IMG/VR virus record: IMGVR_UViG_3300049859_000126 | Location: 1-32,669 of that record | DNA from: a virus | Taxonomy: Duplodnaviria; Caudoviricetes | Direction: 5' to 3' (one strand) | DNA: 32,669 nt | Made by a program: the position numbers and the translations under genes | In this document: in pieces, positions 15,814 through 25,675 of the stretch | Layout: each line of letters opens with the position of its first letter | How positions within the stretch are numbered: position 1 is the stretch's first letter | The notes under the pieces: generated by a model | What the model saw: the letters and a program-made list of their open reading frames with translations, nothing else | Databases searched by the model: none | What the model was told of the DNA's origin: nothing

Positions 15814-16716
15814 ATGCAATTACCTGTCTTCAGAGCCTCTGCTGGGCTAAATACCAGAGTCCCTGACTCCCGACTTCGGTTAGGGGGCGATACAGGTGTC
15901 TGTGATCTAGCTGAAGCTGTGAATGTTGTTCACGATGAGACCGGCAGGTTATCCAAGAGGAGGGGATACACGCTGTTATCTTCTGGAGATCACCACAGCC
16001 TATTCCAGTGTGGTGATGTAGCATACGTGGTAAAGAATGGTTCTCTGTATTTTGTGAATAGCTTAGGAATCTATTCTGGGATACGCGCAGATGTTGGTAG
16101 CACCAGGATGTCTTATGTGAGTTTAGGGCAAGAAGTTTATTATGCTAACTCGGTAATAAACGGTGTGATCAGGGCAGGGAGGTCTTATGCTTGGCCCGTG
16201 GGGACTTATACAGGGCCAGACACGCATAGAACTTTTTCTCCGGCTCCCGTAGGGTCGCACCTTGCGTATTTCGCAGGACGTATGATAGTCACCAAAGAGA
16301 ACGTTCTCTGGTTCTCGGAGCCTTGGTCTCCTGGGTTGTTTGATCTGGCAAGTGGGTTCGTACAGTTCAACAGCGACATCCTCATGGTTAAGCACATGAG
16401 GACTGGCATATTTGTCTCAGACACGGAATCCACTTGGTTTTTAGAAGGAACAGACTTCAAAGAGTTTTCCCAGAGGAAGGTTGCGGCATTTCCGGCGTTA
16501 GAGGGTTCAGTTCTTCAAAAAGACTTAATGGGCTACGATATAGGTCTTGAGACTGGCGATCTGTGCGCTTTATGGGTGTCTTCTTATGGACTCATAGCAG
16601 GGTTGCCCGATGGCTCCATCATTAAGTTAAATGATTCAAAAGTGCAGTACCCGAAGTTCGGAAGAAGAGGTTCTTCTGTGGCTGTTGGGAAAAACATATA
16701 CCACCATCTCTTTTAA
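15814..16716 (+). CDS. Putative tail nozzle/stabilisation protein (P22 gp10-like N-terminal part, beta-rich)
   Basis: A.NV..D.TG.L..RRGY and AYVVKNGSLY motifs; follows the adaptor. Confidence 0.55.
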   Translation: MQLPVFRASAGLNTRVPDSRLRLGGDTGVCDLAEAVNVVHDETGRLSKRRGYTLLSSGDHHSLFQCGDVAYVVKNGSLYFVNSLGIYSGIRADVGSTRMSYVSLGQEVYYANSVINGVIRAGRSYAWPVGTYTGPDTHRTFSPAPVGSHLAYFAGRMIVTKENVLWFSEPWSPGLFDLASGFVQFNSDILMVKHMRTGIFVSDTESTWFLEGTDFKEFSQRKVAAFPALEGSVLQKDLMGYDIGLETGDLCALWVSSYGLIAGLPDGSIIKLNDSKVQYPKFGRRGSSVAVGKNIYHHLF

Positions 16717-16730
16717 CAGGGGGTTTCAAC

Positions 16731-17465
16731 ATGGCACTAAGGCTTTCTACTGGACTTAGAAACCAGATGCTCAGTCTCAAAGCTGGAGCAATTTTTATTA
16801 AGGTAGCCGCGACTACCATCTCCTTTGAGGCTGGAACAGGGCCTCATGGCGGCGATCTTATCAAGGATTCAGCCAACGGCCTTGGTAACGCAATTGTCCG
16901 AGGGCGTATCACCGTCTTTGGTGCGACTACTGGCAGTAATAACAACACTTTCGATGTTGATTATGTGCTAACTGATGGTTCACAGATTGAACTCCCAGTA
17001 GGTTCTTTGGTTGCCGGAGCCGCAGGCCCCGCAGTCTCTCTTGCAACGGCCTTGGGCGGTTCTTGTAGTGACCTGTTCCGAAACTGTGTGATCCGTATAT
17101 TCCCCGGAGTTCAACCAGTGTCTGCGGACAGTGATGAGGGGACTTCACATCTGGTGGAGCTTACCCTGTCTTCTGCACCTTTCTCGGTGGGTGGTCTCAA
17201 TGGCCTCAACATGAATGGTAGCACTTCAGGAACTATGATTAAGAGTCCTTACGAAGTGTGGTCAGGGAATATTATAACTTCAGGTCAAGCGGGGTGGGCG
17301 CGTATGTACGACCGAACCAGAACAACAGGGGCGAGCACCACAGCAGTCAGACTTGATGGAAGTGTAGCAACAACGGGGGCGCAGTTCAATATGGCGACCA
17401 CCACATTGACAGCAGGGTCTCCGATCTCCCTGGATAGCCTGAACATCACACAGCCGACACTGTAA
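16731..17465 (+). CDS. Virion structural protein
   Basis: MALRLSTGLRN...G.AGWAR...RLDG motifs; Gly/Thr-rich. Confidence 0.65.
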   Translation: MALRLSTGLRNQMLSLKAGAIFIKVAATTISFEAGTGPHGGDLIKDSANGLGNAIVRGRITVFGATTGSNNNTFDVDYVLTDGSQIELPVGSLVAGAAGPAVSLATALGGSCSDLFRNCVIRIFPGVQPVSADSDEGTSHLVELTLSSAPFSVGGLNGLNMNGSTSGTMIKSPYEVWSGNIITSGQAGWARMYDRTRTTGASTTAVRLDGSVATTGAQFNMATTTLTAGSPISLDSLNITQPTL

Positions 17466-18007
17466 TGAATACGGGGGATGTTCAACTTTTAGCACTTGAG
17501 AGCACTGCTTATTCTGGTGCAGTTGAGCATACCTGTTACCTCAGAACTCGTGTTTTAGGTTCAGAGGATTCTCTGGTAAGCATCCAACCAGGGAATCCCA
17601 CTGGGTATAAGTCTTCATTAAAGGCTGGTGATACCTGTATGGTGTGGGACATCTTCAACAGAGTTTATATATTCAAACTTGTAGAAGGGTCACATACCGA
17701 AGTTATACCAAATGTAGTTAGTGTTACAGTTTCGTTGTACTGGGAGCTGCAAAAGTGTTATACTGCCAAGAGCATAAGGGTAGAGCAGTTCCAGATAAGC
17801 TCTATTCCATTTGGTTCTGAGTACATCCTTACACACGCAAACCACAATCGTGCCAATAGCCAAGCCCCCGTAATACAGATTTACTTAGATAACAAGATCA
17901 GTACAAGTGCAGTTAGGGTCTATGTGCTTTCGAGCACACAGTTAAAGTTAGTCCCAACCACTGGTACCGTAAGTAATCTAACCATTAACGTAGTAACAGC
18001 GATATGA
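17465..18007 (+). CDS. Hypothetical tail-module protein (180 aa)
   Basis: Coupled ORF, beta-rich. Confidence 0.65.
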   Translation: MNTGDVQLLALESTAYSGAVEHTCYLRTRVLGSEDSLVSIQPGNPTGYKSSLKAGDTCMVWDIFNRVYIFKLVEGSHTEVIPNVVSVTVSLYWELQKCYTAKSIRVEQFQISSIPFGSEYILTHANHNRANSQAPVIQIYLDNKISTSAVRVYVLSSTQLKLVPTTGTVSNLTINVVTAI

Positions 18008-20202
18008 CTTGCTCACCCGTCAGTTCTGACTCGGTACTCCCAAGAACAGAGATAATCTGGAATGGCGGGTTATGTGAATCTGATGGGCTTCGTTATTCTA
18101 ATTACGGTGTTGCTGGGCGCAGTGGTTTTTACTTTGGCACTCTGGACGAGTTTTGCTATTTTTCAGCTAAGAACTTAGTGACTCCCTTTCATGCAACTTG
18201 TGATTTACCTGTTGAAGGGTTTATACAGTCCTACAATCTTAACCCGGACAGCACCAATGAGTATAGTGTATTCACCTTTCCTTCGGTAGGCGAAGACCTC
18301 TTTAGCTCTGTATCACCTTTAGAAATCACACCAGATTCCACTTCTGGTACAGCTATTTTTGACCTCCCCACGAATCAGACCACAGCAGCTATGTCTGGGG
18401 TAAAGAATATACTCTTCTATGGCGTTGCCGGAAACTTCAATTTTAGCTACCCCTATAACTCTACCACTTTTAGCAGTTACGGAGTTGAGTCTGGTGGTGT
18501 CTTTATTGCAGGCCCCAGTTCTATCTCTAAAGGAACTGAGACTGTTTCACTCCCAGTCATTCAACTTGGCAGCAGAAGCCCTGATAATATTCTTAGCACT
18601 CTCACAACCGCAGACCCACTGTATTCGAGTTTCCCTGTGGTAGAGTTAGATGCGACACACTGTGTATGCGGAAGACTCGTCCGATCAGGGGCTACATACT
18701 CTGTTTATATCGACCTATACACGGCCAACTTCTCAACTAAAAAACTTGATCTTACTTCATCTACTCTGTTGTGGGCTAATGAGCCTGCCCCCCTGGTTTA
18801 TCCTTTTGGTTCTAATCGAATATGCTTTGTTCCTACTCGCAATGTTCTTTACATTGGCCAGCCCCATTACACGGGAACAAAAACCAATGAGGGAAGGCTC
18901 TATGCGTTAAACTGGAACGGGACTTCTCTTTCAGTAGGCACACACCTAACTTACGCAACTCGTGTAGCCTTTTTAGGGTCTTGTATAGGGTGGGATGCGG
19001 TTAATAACTACATAGTTATTGGATTCACTGGGGACGACATACATGCTATAAAACCAGATAACACAAAGATAAGCATGTACGCTGGCCCTAGCAACTCCAA
19101 GTTAGGGTGGTCTTTTGCAGTGGGCGATGGTTACATGCTCGCAAGAGATAACAGCATCACTGCTACTCGGTTATTCTCTATAGGTGCTACTGCATTGTCG
19201 TACCTTCAGGTGAATTACTTTTTTGACGCTACATCTACTATAAATTACGCAGGTGTTCTGTACCCAAGTGGACGTTCTGGTGCGCGAGTGCCCTTTCTTC
19301 AGGTGAAGAATGGTAGTTACTACGGCTGGTCATATAAGACGCAGGCAAGCAATAGCATGACCTCTGGTAGCAGTTATAGTGCTCCTGCTGACACACTGTC
19401 AGTGTTATGCTGGAGCAGGCTCCCCAGTTCTCCTTACAAGTGCATCGGATGGGACAATGATTATGTGGTATCCAACAACCTACAGGCTAACTGGGGTTAT
19501 TCGTTTTCTAATCTTCTCCCAGATACCTTAACGGGGGTGTCCCCTTTGTCTTCTGTGTCAATGTGCTTTTCTAATGGCACAGATGAATTTTACGCTTACG
19601 CATTCTGTTCAACAGATCAACTAACCAGGAAATACTTTACAATCGAGAGAACTTCAGCTCCTTCAGCGCATACCCAAATTGGAGACCATTACCTCTCGCA
19701 CTTAATAGACTTATCCAGTTGTGATGATATAATAAGCGCGACATTCAGTTATTCAAACTACCTACTAGACCCCACGGTGTCTCTTAAATTCTTTATAAGA
19801 ATTAACAATGGAAGCTATTTTATAATAAATTCTGATGGCTCTACCACACTCCAAGCGTCTGTGTCTGTCGCAAAAACGAATGCCGTCTTAGCCGAGTATC
19901 TTTCGACCCGCTTACCCTTGCTCGATGTTACGAGTATAGACACTCTGGAGTTATTCTTTGTCTTCCATAAAGACTTATCAGAGACTTCTCCTTTATCTAC
20001 CCAGAGCATTTCTAATCTCACTTTGGAACTCCACGTTCTTCCGCCTGCCGAACCAGAGATAGTGCTACATTACTCTTCCGGCACCCTTGCTGAGGTGGCC
20101 TTTAACTCAAGTGGAACGTTAGAAGTGGCCCCTACATCAGCCCCCCAGGCACCAGGTCTCTCCCTGGTTACAGTTAAACCTACCTTTCGTGAGGTGTTCT
20201 GA
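18004..20202 (+). CDS. Putative tail fibre/adhesin with FG-GAP-like beta-propeller repeats (732 aa)
   Basis: LYIGQP......EGRLY, FLGSCIG and LGWSFAVGDG segments; Ser/Thr/Tyr-rich. Confidence 0.5.
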   Translation: MTCSPVSSDSVLPRTEIIWNGGLCESDGLRYSNYGVAGRSGFYFGTLDEFCYFSAKNLVTPFHATCDLPVEGFIQSYNLNPDSTNEYSVFTFPSVGEDLFSSVSPLEITPDSTSGTAIFDLPTNQTTAAMSGVKNILFYGVAGNFNFSYPYNSTTFSSYGVESGGVFIAGPSSISKGTETVSLPVIQLGSRSPDNILSTLTTADPLYSSFPVVELDATHCVCGRLVRSGATYSVYIDLYTANFSTKKLDLTSSTLLWANEPAPLVYPFGSNRICFVPTRNVLYIGQPHYTGTKTNEGRLYALNWNGTSLSVGTHLTYATRVAFLGSCIGWDAVNNYIVIGFTGDDIHAIKPDNTKISMYAGPSNSKLGWSFAVGDGYMLARDNSITATRLFSIGATALSYLQVNYFFDATSTINYAGVLYPSGRSGARVPFLQVKNGSYYGWSYKTQASNSMTSGSSYSAPADTLSVLCWSRLPSSPYKCIGWDNDYVVSNNLQANWGYSFSNLLPDTLTGVSPLSSVSMCFSNGTDEFYAYAFCSTDQLTRKYFTIERTSAPSAHTQIGDHYLSHLIDLSSCDDIISATFSYSNYLLDPTVSLKFFIRINNGSYFIINSDGSTTLQASVSVAKTNAVLAEYLSTRLPLLDVTSIDTLELFFVFHKDLSETSPLSTQSISNLTLELHVLPPAEPEIVLHYSSGTLAEVAFNSSGTLEVAPTSAPQAPGLSLVTVKPTFREVF

Positions 20203-22133
20203 TGAACTTTTTTGCGGTAGGGAGTAACAAGAAAGACTCAATCAAGGGGACAATCAGCCCTTCTGAAGGAGACAAAGCATTATGCGATCCTGGGGTCAAT
20301 GAGTGTTCAAGTTTTCTTCTTGAATGCTTTAATAACAATATACCTTCTGATGGTCTTTTTTCGAGGTTTGATGACCAAAAGAAAGCAGTCAATTTTTCAA
20401 ATGGTATCAACTCAACTCAGTTCTCCCCCGGAGTCGTGCGACGGTTTGTAGAAGCTACAGATTGCACAACTGGGACAGAAATACGAGTACCCCATCCGCC
20501 GGATACCTTGAATAAAAGATTTGTTGAGGTATGGAAAATACCCTATCCGGCTGTTCCATTAACTCCTACAGTCCAATCGGCCAACACACTAGTGTTAGTG
20601 GCATCAGATAAGTTTGCATTGAAACCTCTTATTTACCCTGAAGAGGTGCAGAGTCTCACGATACCACCTGGAACCGGAGACTTTCTACTTTCCCCCTGGT
20701 CAGGTATCCAGATGTACAATAATGGAGAGAAGGTGGTATTGTATTCTAATGTCGCCGTTATTGTACTAGAATGGGATGGGGCCGGGTACAGTCAGGTGTT
20801 ATTGCATCAAACGGGGACAGTGTACAAGGCTTCAGTGTATAACAATTCAGCTATAGTTACTTATAATGACGGCACCGATAAGATCGCGTTTTACGAGAAG
20901 GCCAGCACATGGGCCTTATCAAGTACGCTGTCTTGGTCTTACTCACAAAATGACATAGCTCTTAATGGGTCATATATACTGGTAAGTGGGACTCAACAGG
21001 CAGGCATAACTCTTAATAAAAGCAGTCTCTCTGTTTATCATACAGCGTCAAACACTAACTATATTGATACCCTACCCACTCAAGCATACAAGTACCCTGC
21101 TAACCCTTCTGTAGTAGTAGGTTATGATACTGAGTATATCACCTCAGGGGGCTACACGACTCAAAAGATAGTGTACACACAGTATTACGCATCTTCTGAG
21201 AGTATGCAAATATTTTATGATGCGTATCTGCCAGAAGGCCAGACAAACGTCAGATTCTACTCTCCCATATTCCTCAGACACCCTTACACGAATGACCCCT
21301 ATAGTGGTTTCGTGATGAAGACTTCTCATGGTGAGTTGTTTACATATAATTACCTTCATAACTGGTATTCCGCTCCCCTTGACATCGGGTTGCCCGATAG
21401 TTACAGTGGGTACCTTTTTGACCAATACATGGTTGGGTTCTTCCTCCCTTCTATAAATGGTTATAGAGTTCTTTGGGCCTACGGTAACGAAGAGCTTATT
21501 GACTTGTACAGTTATAACTCTGTGGTACATAAGAAGTTTGGTGGTATATTTTACCCCATTAAGTACCCTTATTACCTGACTAACAACCAGGATGGGACAT
21601 TGAAGTTATTGCGCATTGTCCCTACGCACTATAATGAAATTGGGGATGGCGTACTTACTCTAAAGTTTGAGTGTCCAGAGCTTATTAGCTCTACAGAATC
21701 ATTTACTTCAGGGTATAACGGACTTGAGACCTGCAAATTCTTAATCTCTGATGATAACATTGTGTTCTGGAAGTGGGCCAGCCCTAATTGGGTTGTTGAG
21801 TCCAACCCTTCGTTGGGAAACGACATAGTCACTTTTACAGCCGGTTGTGAAGCAGGGTTTGCCCCGTTAAACAGCAAAGTGGTGTACATAAGAGTCTTCC
21901 TCTCATCAGCGAGCAAGGATAACACCCCCTCTCTGGTTAGATCGAGTATTTCTTTAACTGTGAACTACCTGTCAAGATCAGGTAAAGCTGTGCTATGCGA
22001 TGATTCGATAGTTAGTATTAACTTTGAGAGTCCTACGAGCACCAAGATAACCTCGCATGACCCTGGGGTGTATGCTATGGCAGGGGTAGTTACAGTCTTC
22101 GCCCCTCCTATTGACACCAACTTAGATGTGTGA
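20202..22133 (+). CDS. Putative tail fibre/receptor-binding protein (643 aa)
   Basis: Coupled ORF, Tyr/Ser-rich beta composition, tail-module context. Confidence 0.5.
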   Translation: MNFFAVGSNKKDSIKGTISPSEGDKALCDPGVNECSSFLLECFNNNIPSDGLFSRFDDQKKAVNFSNGINSTQFSPGVVRRFVEATDCTTGTEIRVPHPPDTLNKRFVEVWKIPYPAVPLTPTVQSANTLVLVASDKFALKPLIYPEEVQSLTIPPGTGDFLLSPWSGIQMYNNGEKVVLYSNVAVIVLEWDGAGYSQVLLHQTGTVYKASVYNNSAIVTYNDGTDKIAFYEKASTWALSSTLSWSYSQNDIALNGSYILVSGTQQAGITLNKSSLSVYHTASNTNYIDTLPTQAYKYPANPSVVVGYDTEYITSGGYTTQKIVYTQYYASSESMQIFYDAYLPEGQTNVRFYSPIFLRHPYTNDPYSGFVMKTSHGELFTYNYLHNWYSAPLDIGLPDSYSGYLFDQYMVGFFLPSINGYRVLWAYGNEELIDLYSYNSVVHKKFGGIFYPIKYPYYLTNNQDGTLKLLRIVPTHYNEIGDGVLTLKFECPELISSTESFTSGYNGLETCKFLISDDNIVFWKWASPNWVVESNPSLGNDIVTFTAGCEAGFAPLNSKVVYIRVFLSSASKDNTPSLVRSSISLTVNYLSRSGKAVLCDDSIVSINFESPTSTKITSHDPGVYAMAGVVTVFAPPIDTNLDV

Positions 22134-23245
22134 TGTCAAGTAAGTTTGTAAATTCTCCTACGGGAGTATGGAAAGAGAGTAACAGTGCCGGAGGTATCTG
22201 GAAATGGGATACTCAAGGGTTCATCCCAAATACATCTACTCTAGTATTTCCTCTCTTACAGCTTGATGCCTATGACATCTTTATTATACACGCAGACGCA
22301 GAACTTACACTTGTACCCCTAGAACTTAGTGGTCAGTTATACTATAACAAGATAAGCGCAGAACTACAGTTCCAGCCGTTAGAACTGAATAGTTTACTCC
22401 GAAGTGGAAACACAATAAGGGCTGATTTAGTCCTTCCGTTTATTCGTCTGGAAGGCTATGGTACACAGATAGATAATTATGCCTTATTTGAATTTGAACC
22501 TTTAGAACTCGAAGGATACTCAGGAATGGAAGGCTCCCTTGTACTAGAACCCCTAAGTCTCCAGAGTTTTGAGGCTTTGGTCAATACCGGTAACATCACA
22601 TTAGAACCCCTTGAGTTAGAGGGGGGTGCTCGGCTATCCAACAATCATGGGAGGCTTACGTTCCCAAAACTCCTGATGGAGGGGTATTCTGGTGGCTGGG
22701 CCGAACTGGTATTCCTTAAAATGGAAGTAGAGGGCTACTCACAAAACCCTATTTCTTGTAATGGAGTGCTACGTCTCCCCTACATGGGATACTCAGCGAC
22801 ATTCGGCGGCAATGGGAGTCTGGAATTGCCCCCCCTCTTGCTAAACTCTACAATGGGGAACTCATGGTCTGCTGATGGACTTTTAACCTTACAACCCATC
22901 TCCCTGAGTGCCACCCTCAGTAACTCTTATCATACTAATGGATTGCTCGCGTTTAGTCCGATCTCCATCATGGGCATCCTTGACTACCAGGCACCTTTTA
23001 GTATTACCGGCCAACTTACACTACCCCGGTTAGGCTTTAAGGGCTGTCTTTCTAAAGTCAGATCGGCCCATTCAGAGATCAACCTCCCTCCTCTGGTTGT
23101 TTTGGCTGAACTAAGCACACCTAACTCCTGCGCGGGCGAAATAACTCTTGGACTACTTGACATGGAGAGTACGTTGTACCAAGGAGATTTAGGGTACGGA
23201 GTCTGCTTGCCTACTGAAACCTTTTTGTATAAGGACGAATTATGA
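22130..23245 (+). CDS. Virion protein with degenerate ~20-aa L-x-L-x-P-L-x-L-x-G repeats
   Basis: Many recurrences, e.g. LTLVPLELSG, LQFQPLELNS, ITLEPLELEG. Confidence 0.65.
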   Translation: MMSSKFVNSPTGVWKESNSAGGIWKWDTQGFIPNTSTLVFPLLQLDAYDIFIIHADAELTLVPLELSGQLYYNKISAELQFQPLELNSLLRSGNTIRADLVLPFIRLEGYGTQIDNYALFEFEPLELEGYSGMEGSLVLEPLSLQSFEALVNTGNITLEPLELEGGARLSNNHGRLTFPKLLMEGYSGGWAELVFLKMEVEGYSQNPISCNGVLRLPYMGYSATFGGNGSLELPPLLLNSTMGNSWSADGLLTLQPISLSATLSNSYHTNGLLAFSPISIMGILDYQAPFSITGQLTLPRLGFKGCLSKVRSAHSEINLPPLVVLAELSTPNSCAGEITLGLLDMESTLYQGDLGYGVCLPTETFLYKDEL

Positions 23246-23703
23246 ATTGTGCGTCTTTCGTTTTCAATGCTACCGGAAAGCAGACAAGCCAATTAAAGGG
23301 GCCTGCTTTTGAGTCTATGGCAGGATCATCTGACTCTACTTTCCTTGCAAATAAAAATGGGTTGTTCACCCTTACTGGAACACTGGACAACGGGGCTGTG
23401 ATCCCCTCAAAGGTTAGATTAGCTAAAACAGATTTTGGTATCCAGAATGAAAAAAGGCTATACGCCTTATACATCTGGATGCAGATAAGTAAGCCCTTAA
23501 CAATTGAGGTGCAGTCCGACGAGATAACACACAAAGTTGAGGTTCCCAGTGAGGACGTGTCCAGGGTCGTCCGTTACCGAGTTCGACTACCCCGAACTCT
23601 GAAAGGTCGATACTTTACTATATCATTATCTTCTCCTTCGGGGGTTTTCGTTCTTGACTCCATAGATGCCGAAGTAACTGTGTTGCACTCAGGACATGCT
23701 TGA
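23242..23703 (+). CDS. Virion structural protein (resembles a nozzle C-terminal domain)
   Basis: TDFG...EKR...LY...LKGRYF...F.LDSID pattern. Confidence 0.55.
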   Translation: MNCASFVFNATGKQTSQLKGPAFESMAGSSDSTFLANKNGLFTLTGTLDNGAVIPSKVRLAKTDFGIQNEKRLYALYIWMQISKPLTIEVQSDEITHKVEVPSEDVSRVVRYRVRLPRTLKGRYFTISLSSPSGVFVLDSIDAEVTVLHSGHA

Positions 23704-24565
23704 TAAATTTGATATGCCGATCAGGATTTCGGCCATTGACTATGTTGGAACATATAATGAAAACGCTGCGGTGTACAGGGGCCGCGCTCTTTCTGAATTA
23801 AAAATCCTTTATTCTCAAATGCAGTTCCAGTCTCTAACGCAGTATAAAAGGACTGTGAATATCGGAGATAACGTAGTAATTGAATGCCATATTTCCTTTG
23901 GAGCCGCCTTCGCCACTATAACTGTAGGCGCAGGAGGTAAACATGTTGGTAGAGAAAAAGAGTGCTTCTGTTCCACTTTTGGTATAGCCGCTGGGCGCAT
24001 TGTAACCTTAAAAGACGAAATACCTGAGTACGAATCAATTGAACTATGCTACCCTGAAGATGGTTCGTACAGAGCGGATGTTCATATCTGTCAGCAAGCA
24101 GCCCAAGGGAACCCACGACTTGTTGAGACTGCGGATGTCTATGAGTCCGCAGGTAAAAGCAGCAGGAGCGGCACAAGATCACAGAATATAGATTTCTCCG
24201 TCAACAGCGTAATCTTGAACGTTCCTTACACTGACAGATATAAGCATGAGCCAGGGGATGAGGTGCTAGTCCTTGTGGCTCCTCTGGTTCTATACGAACC
24301 AGAGGGGGTACAGGTCGCTATGTATGGAGGGACTTATCGGCAAAAGAATGGTGCATGGAGTCCTGAAATAAACAAGAGAAGAATAGTATCAGGATTCTAC
24401 ACAAAAGCTGAAAAAGAAACTGATGCCCCTATCAGCACAAGCTATGAAAAATCTTCAGGACTAACAGGTGCCATTATGAAAGACAGAGCATTATGGAAAG
24501 ATGATACTAAGTTCTGCCCTTTTAGGATTCTCCCTATTTCCGTTCCTTCTTGCTTTTCTTTTTGA
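23696..24565 (+). CDS. Hypothetical tail-module protein (289 aa)
   Basis: Coupled ORF. Confidence 0.7.
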   Translation: MLDKFDMPIRISAIDYVGTYNENAAVYRGRALSELKILYSQMQFQSLTQYKRTVNIGDNVVIECHISFGAAFATITVGAGGKHVGREKECFCSTFGIAAGRIVTLKDEIPEYESIELCYPEDGSYRADVHICQQAAQGNPRLVETADVYESAGKSSRSGTRSQNIDFSVNSVILNVPYTDRYKHEPGDEVLVLVAPLVLYEPEGVQVAMYGGTYRQKNGAWSPEINKRRIVSGFYTKAEKETDAPISTSYEKSSGLTGAIMKDRALWKDDTKFCPFRILPISVPSCFSF

Positions 24566-24568
24566 AAA

Positions 24569-25675
24569 ATGCCTTTTACGCCAATACAAGTTTATTACCT
24601 CAATAGGTTAAACATTATAAGGGAGAACCCTGGGGGTTATGCGTCCTCCCTGGGTATAGACTTGAATGAAGGTCTCGCTCCCGGCACTATTTCTATAGAC
24701 CCTAAACCTCCTCTGAGACTGGAAACTCTTCTTACATCAATGGCTGATGCCCATTCACAGGAGATGCTTGATCTTGACTTCTATGATCATGTTTCACCCA
24801 CCACTGGAGGAACTTTAGACAGGTTTGATAACTCTGCTTATAGCTATATTGCTTTTGGCGAGAATCTTGGTATTGTTCCCTCCACAGGTGTCTTAGATCA
24901 GTATTATGCAGCAAACCTTATGATTGAAGCTCTCTTCATTGATGAGGGGGTAGTTGGTCGAGGGCACAGAACGACCATGCTTAACCCTTCTTATCGGGAC
25001 TTTGGAGTGGGTCATAAGATCGGAGAATGGAGCGGATTCACTAACACCCATATCCTGTCAATGGAGTTTGGCCTTAGCTCTGATTCAACAACAGATGTCA
25101 TTGGTTTCGTCTTAGAGGATCAAAACTCCAATGGGTTCTTTGATACCGGCGAGGGCATAAGTGGCATTGAAGTGGAGGCGTTTAATTCAGAAAACCTTTC
25201 AATGGGGTCAGTTTTTAGTGATACCAATGGTTACTATGACTTCCCCTTGATTGCTGGTACCTACACGCTTAAAGCATACACCCCAGATCACAGCGTAGAG
25301 CAAGTCGTCGTCTTAACCACAGAAAATCAGTATATGCCTTTATTCTGGGATTCTGTAGAAACTGAAGCCCCCTTAGTTTCATTCTCTGCTAATAAAACGG
25401 ACTTTATAGCGGATTTGCCATACACTAGTTTGCTCAATCCGGTGAACGTCAACAGCAGTGTAAGCACAAATCCACTGGTGCTTACATGGGCTGTTGAAAA
25501 GGCCAATAGGGTAACAATTGGAAAATTAGGTGTTGACTTCTTAGGGACATTGACCTTAGAAGAACTCTCGGCCCTTTCATTTGTTCTTGAAGCCTATGGC
25601 CCCGCTGGGTACACTAAATCAACCATAAACCTGACTCCCAGGTTGTTCCAGAAGTTTAATTCGGTATTCTCATGA
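24569..25675 (+). CDS. CAP (SCP/PR-1) domain protein with an SdrD B-like domain
   Basis: A.AHS.EM...F.DH, GENLG and GHR..MLNP.Y..FGVG motifs; then IGFVLEDQNSNGFFDTGEGISGI.V...TNGYY.F...GTYTL. Confidence 0.85.
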   Translation: MPFTPIQVYYLNRLNIIRENPGGYASSLGIDLNEGLAPGTISIDPKPPLRLETLLTSMADAHSQEMLDLDFYDHVSPTTGGTLDRFDNSAYSYIAFGENLGIVPSTGVLDQYYAANLMIEALFIDEGVVGRGHRTTMLNPSYRDFGVGHKIGEWSGFTNTHILSMEFGLSSDSTTDVIGFVLEDQNSNGFFDTGEGISGIEVEAFNSENLSMGSVFSDTNGYYDFPLIAGTYTLKAYTPDHSVEQVVVLTTENQYMPLFWDSVETEAPLVSFSANKTDFIADLPYTSLLNPVNVNSSVSTNPLVLTWAVEKANRVTIGKLGVDFLGTLTLEELSALSFVLEAYGPAGYTKSTINLTPRLFQKFNSVFS

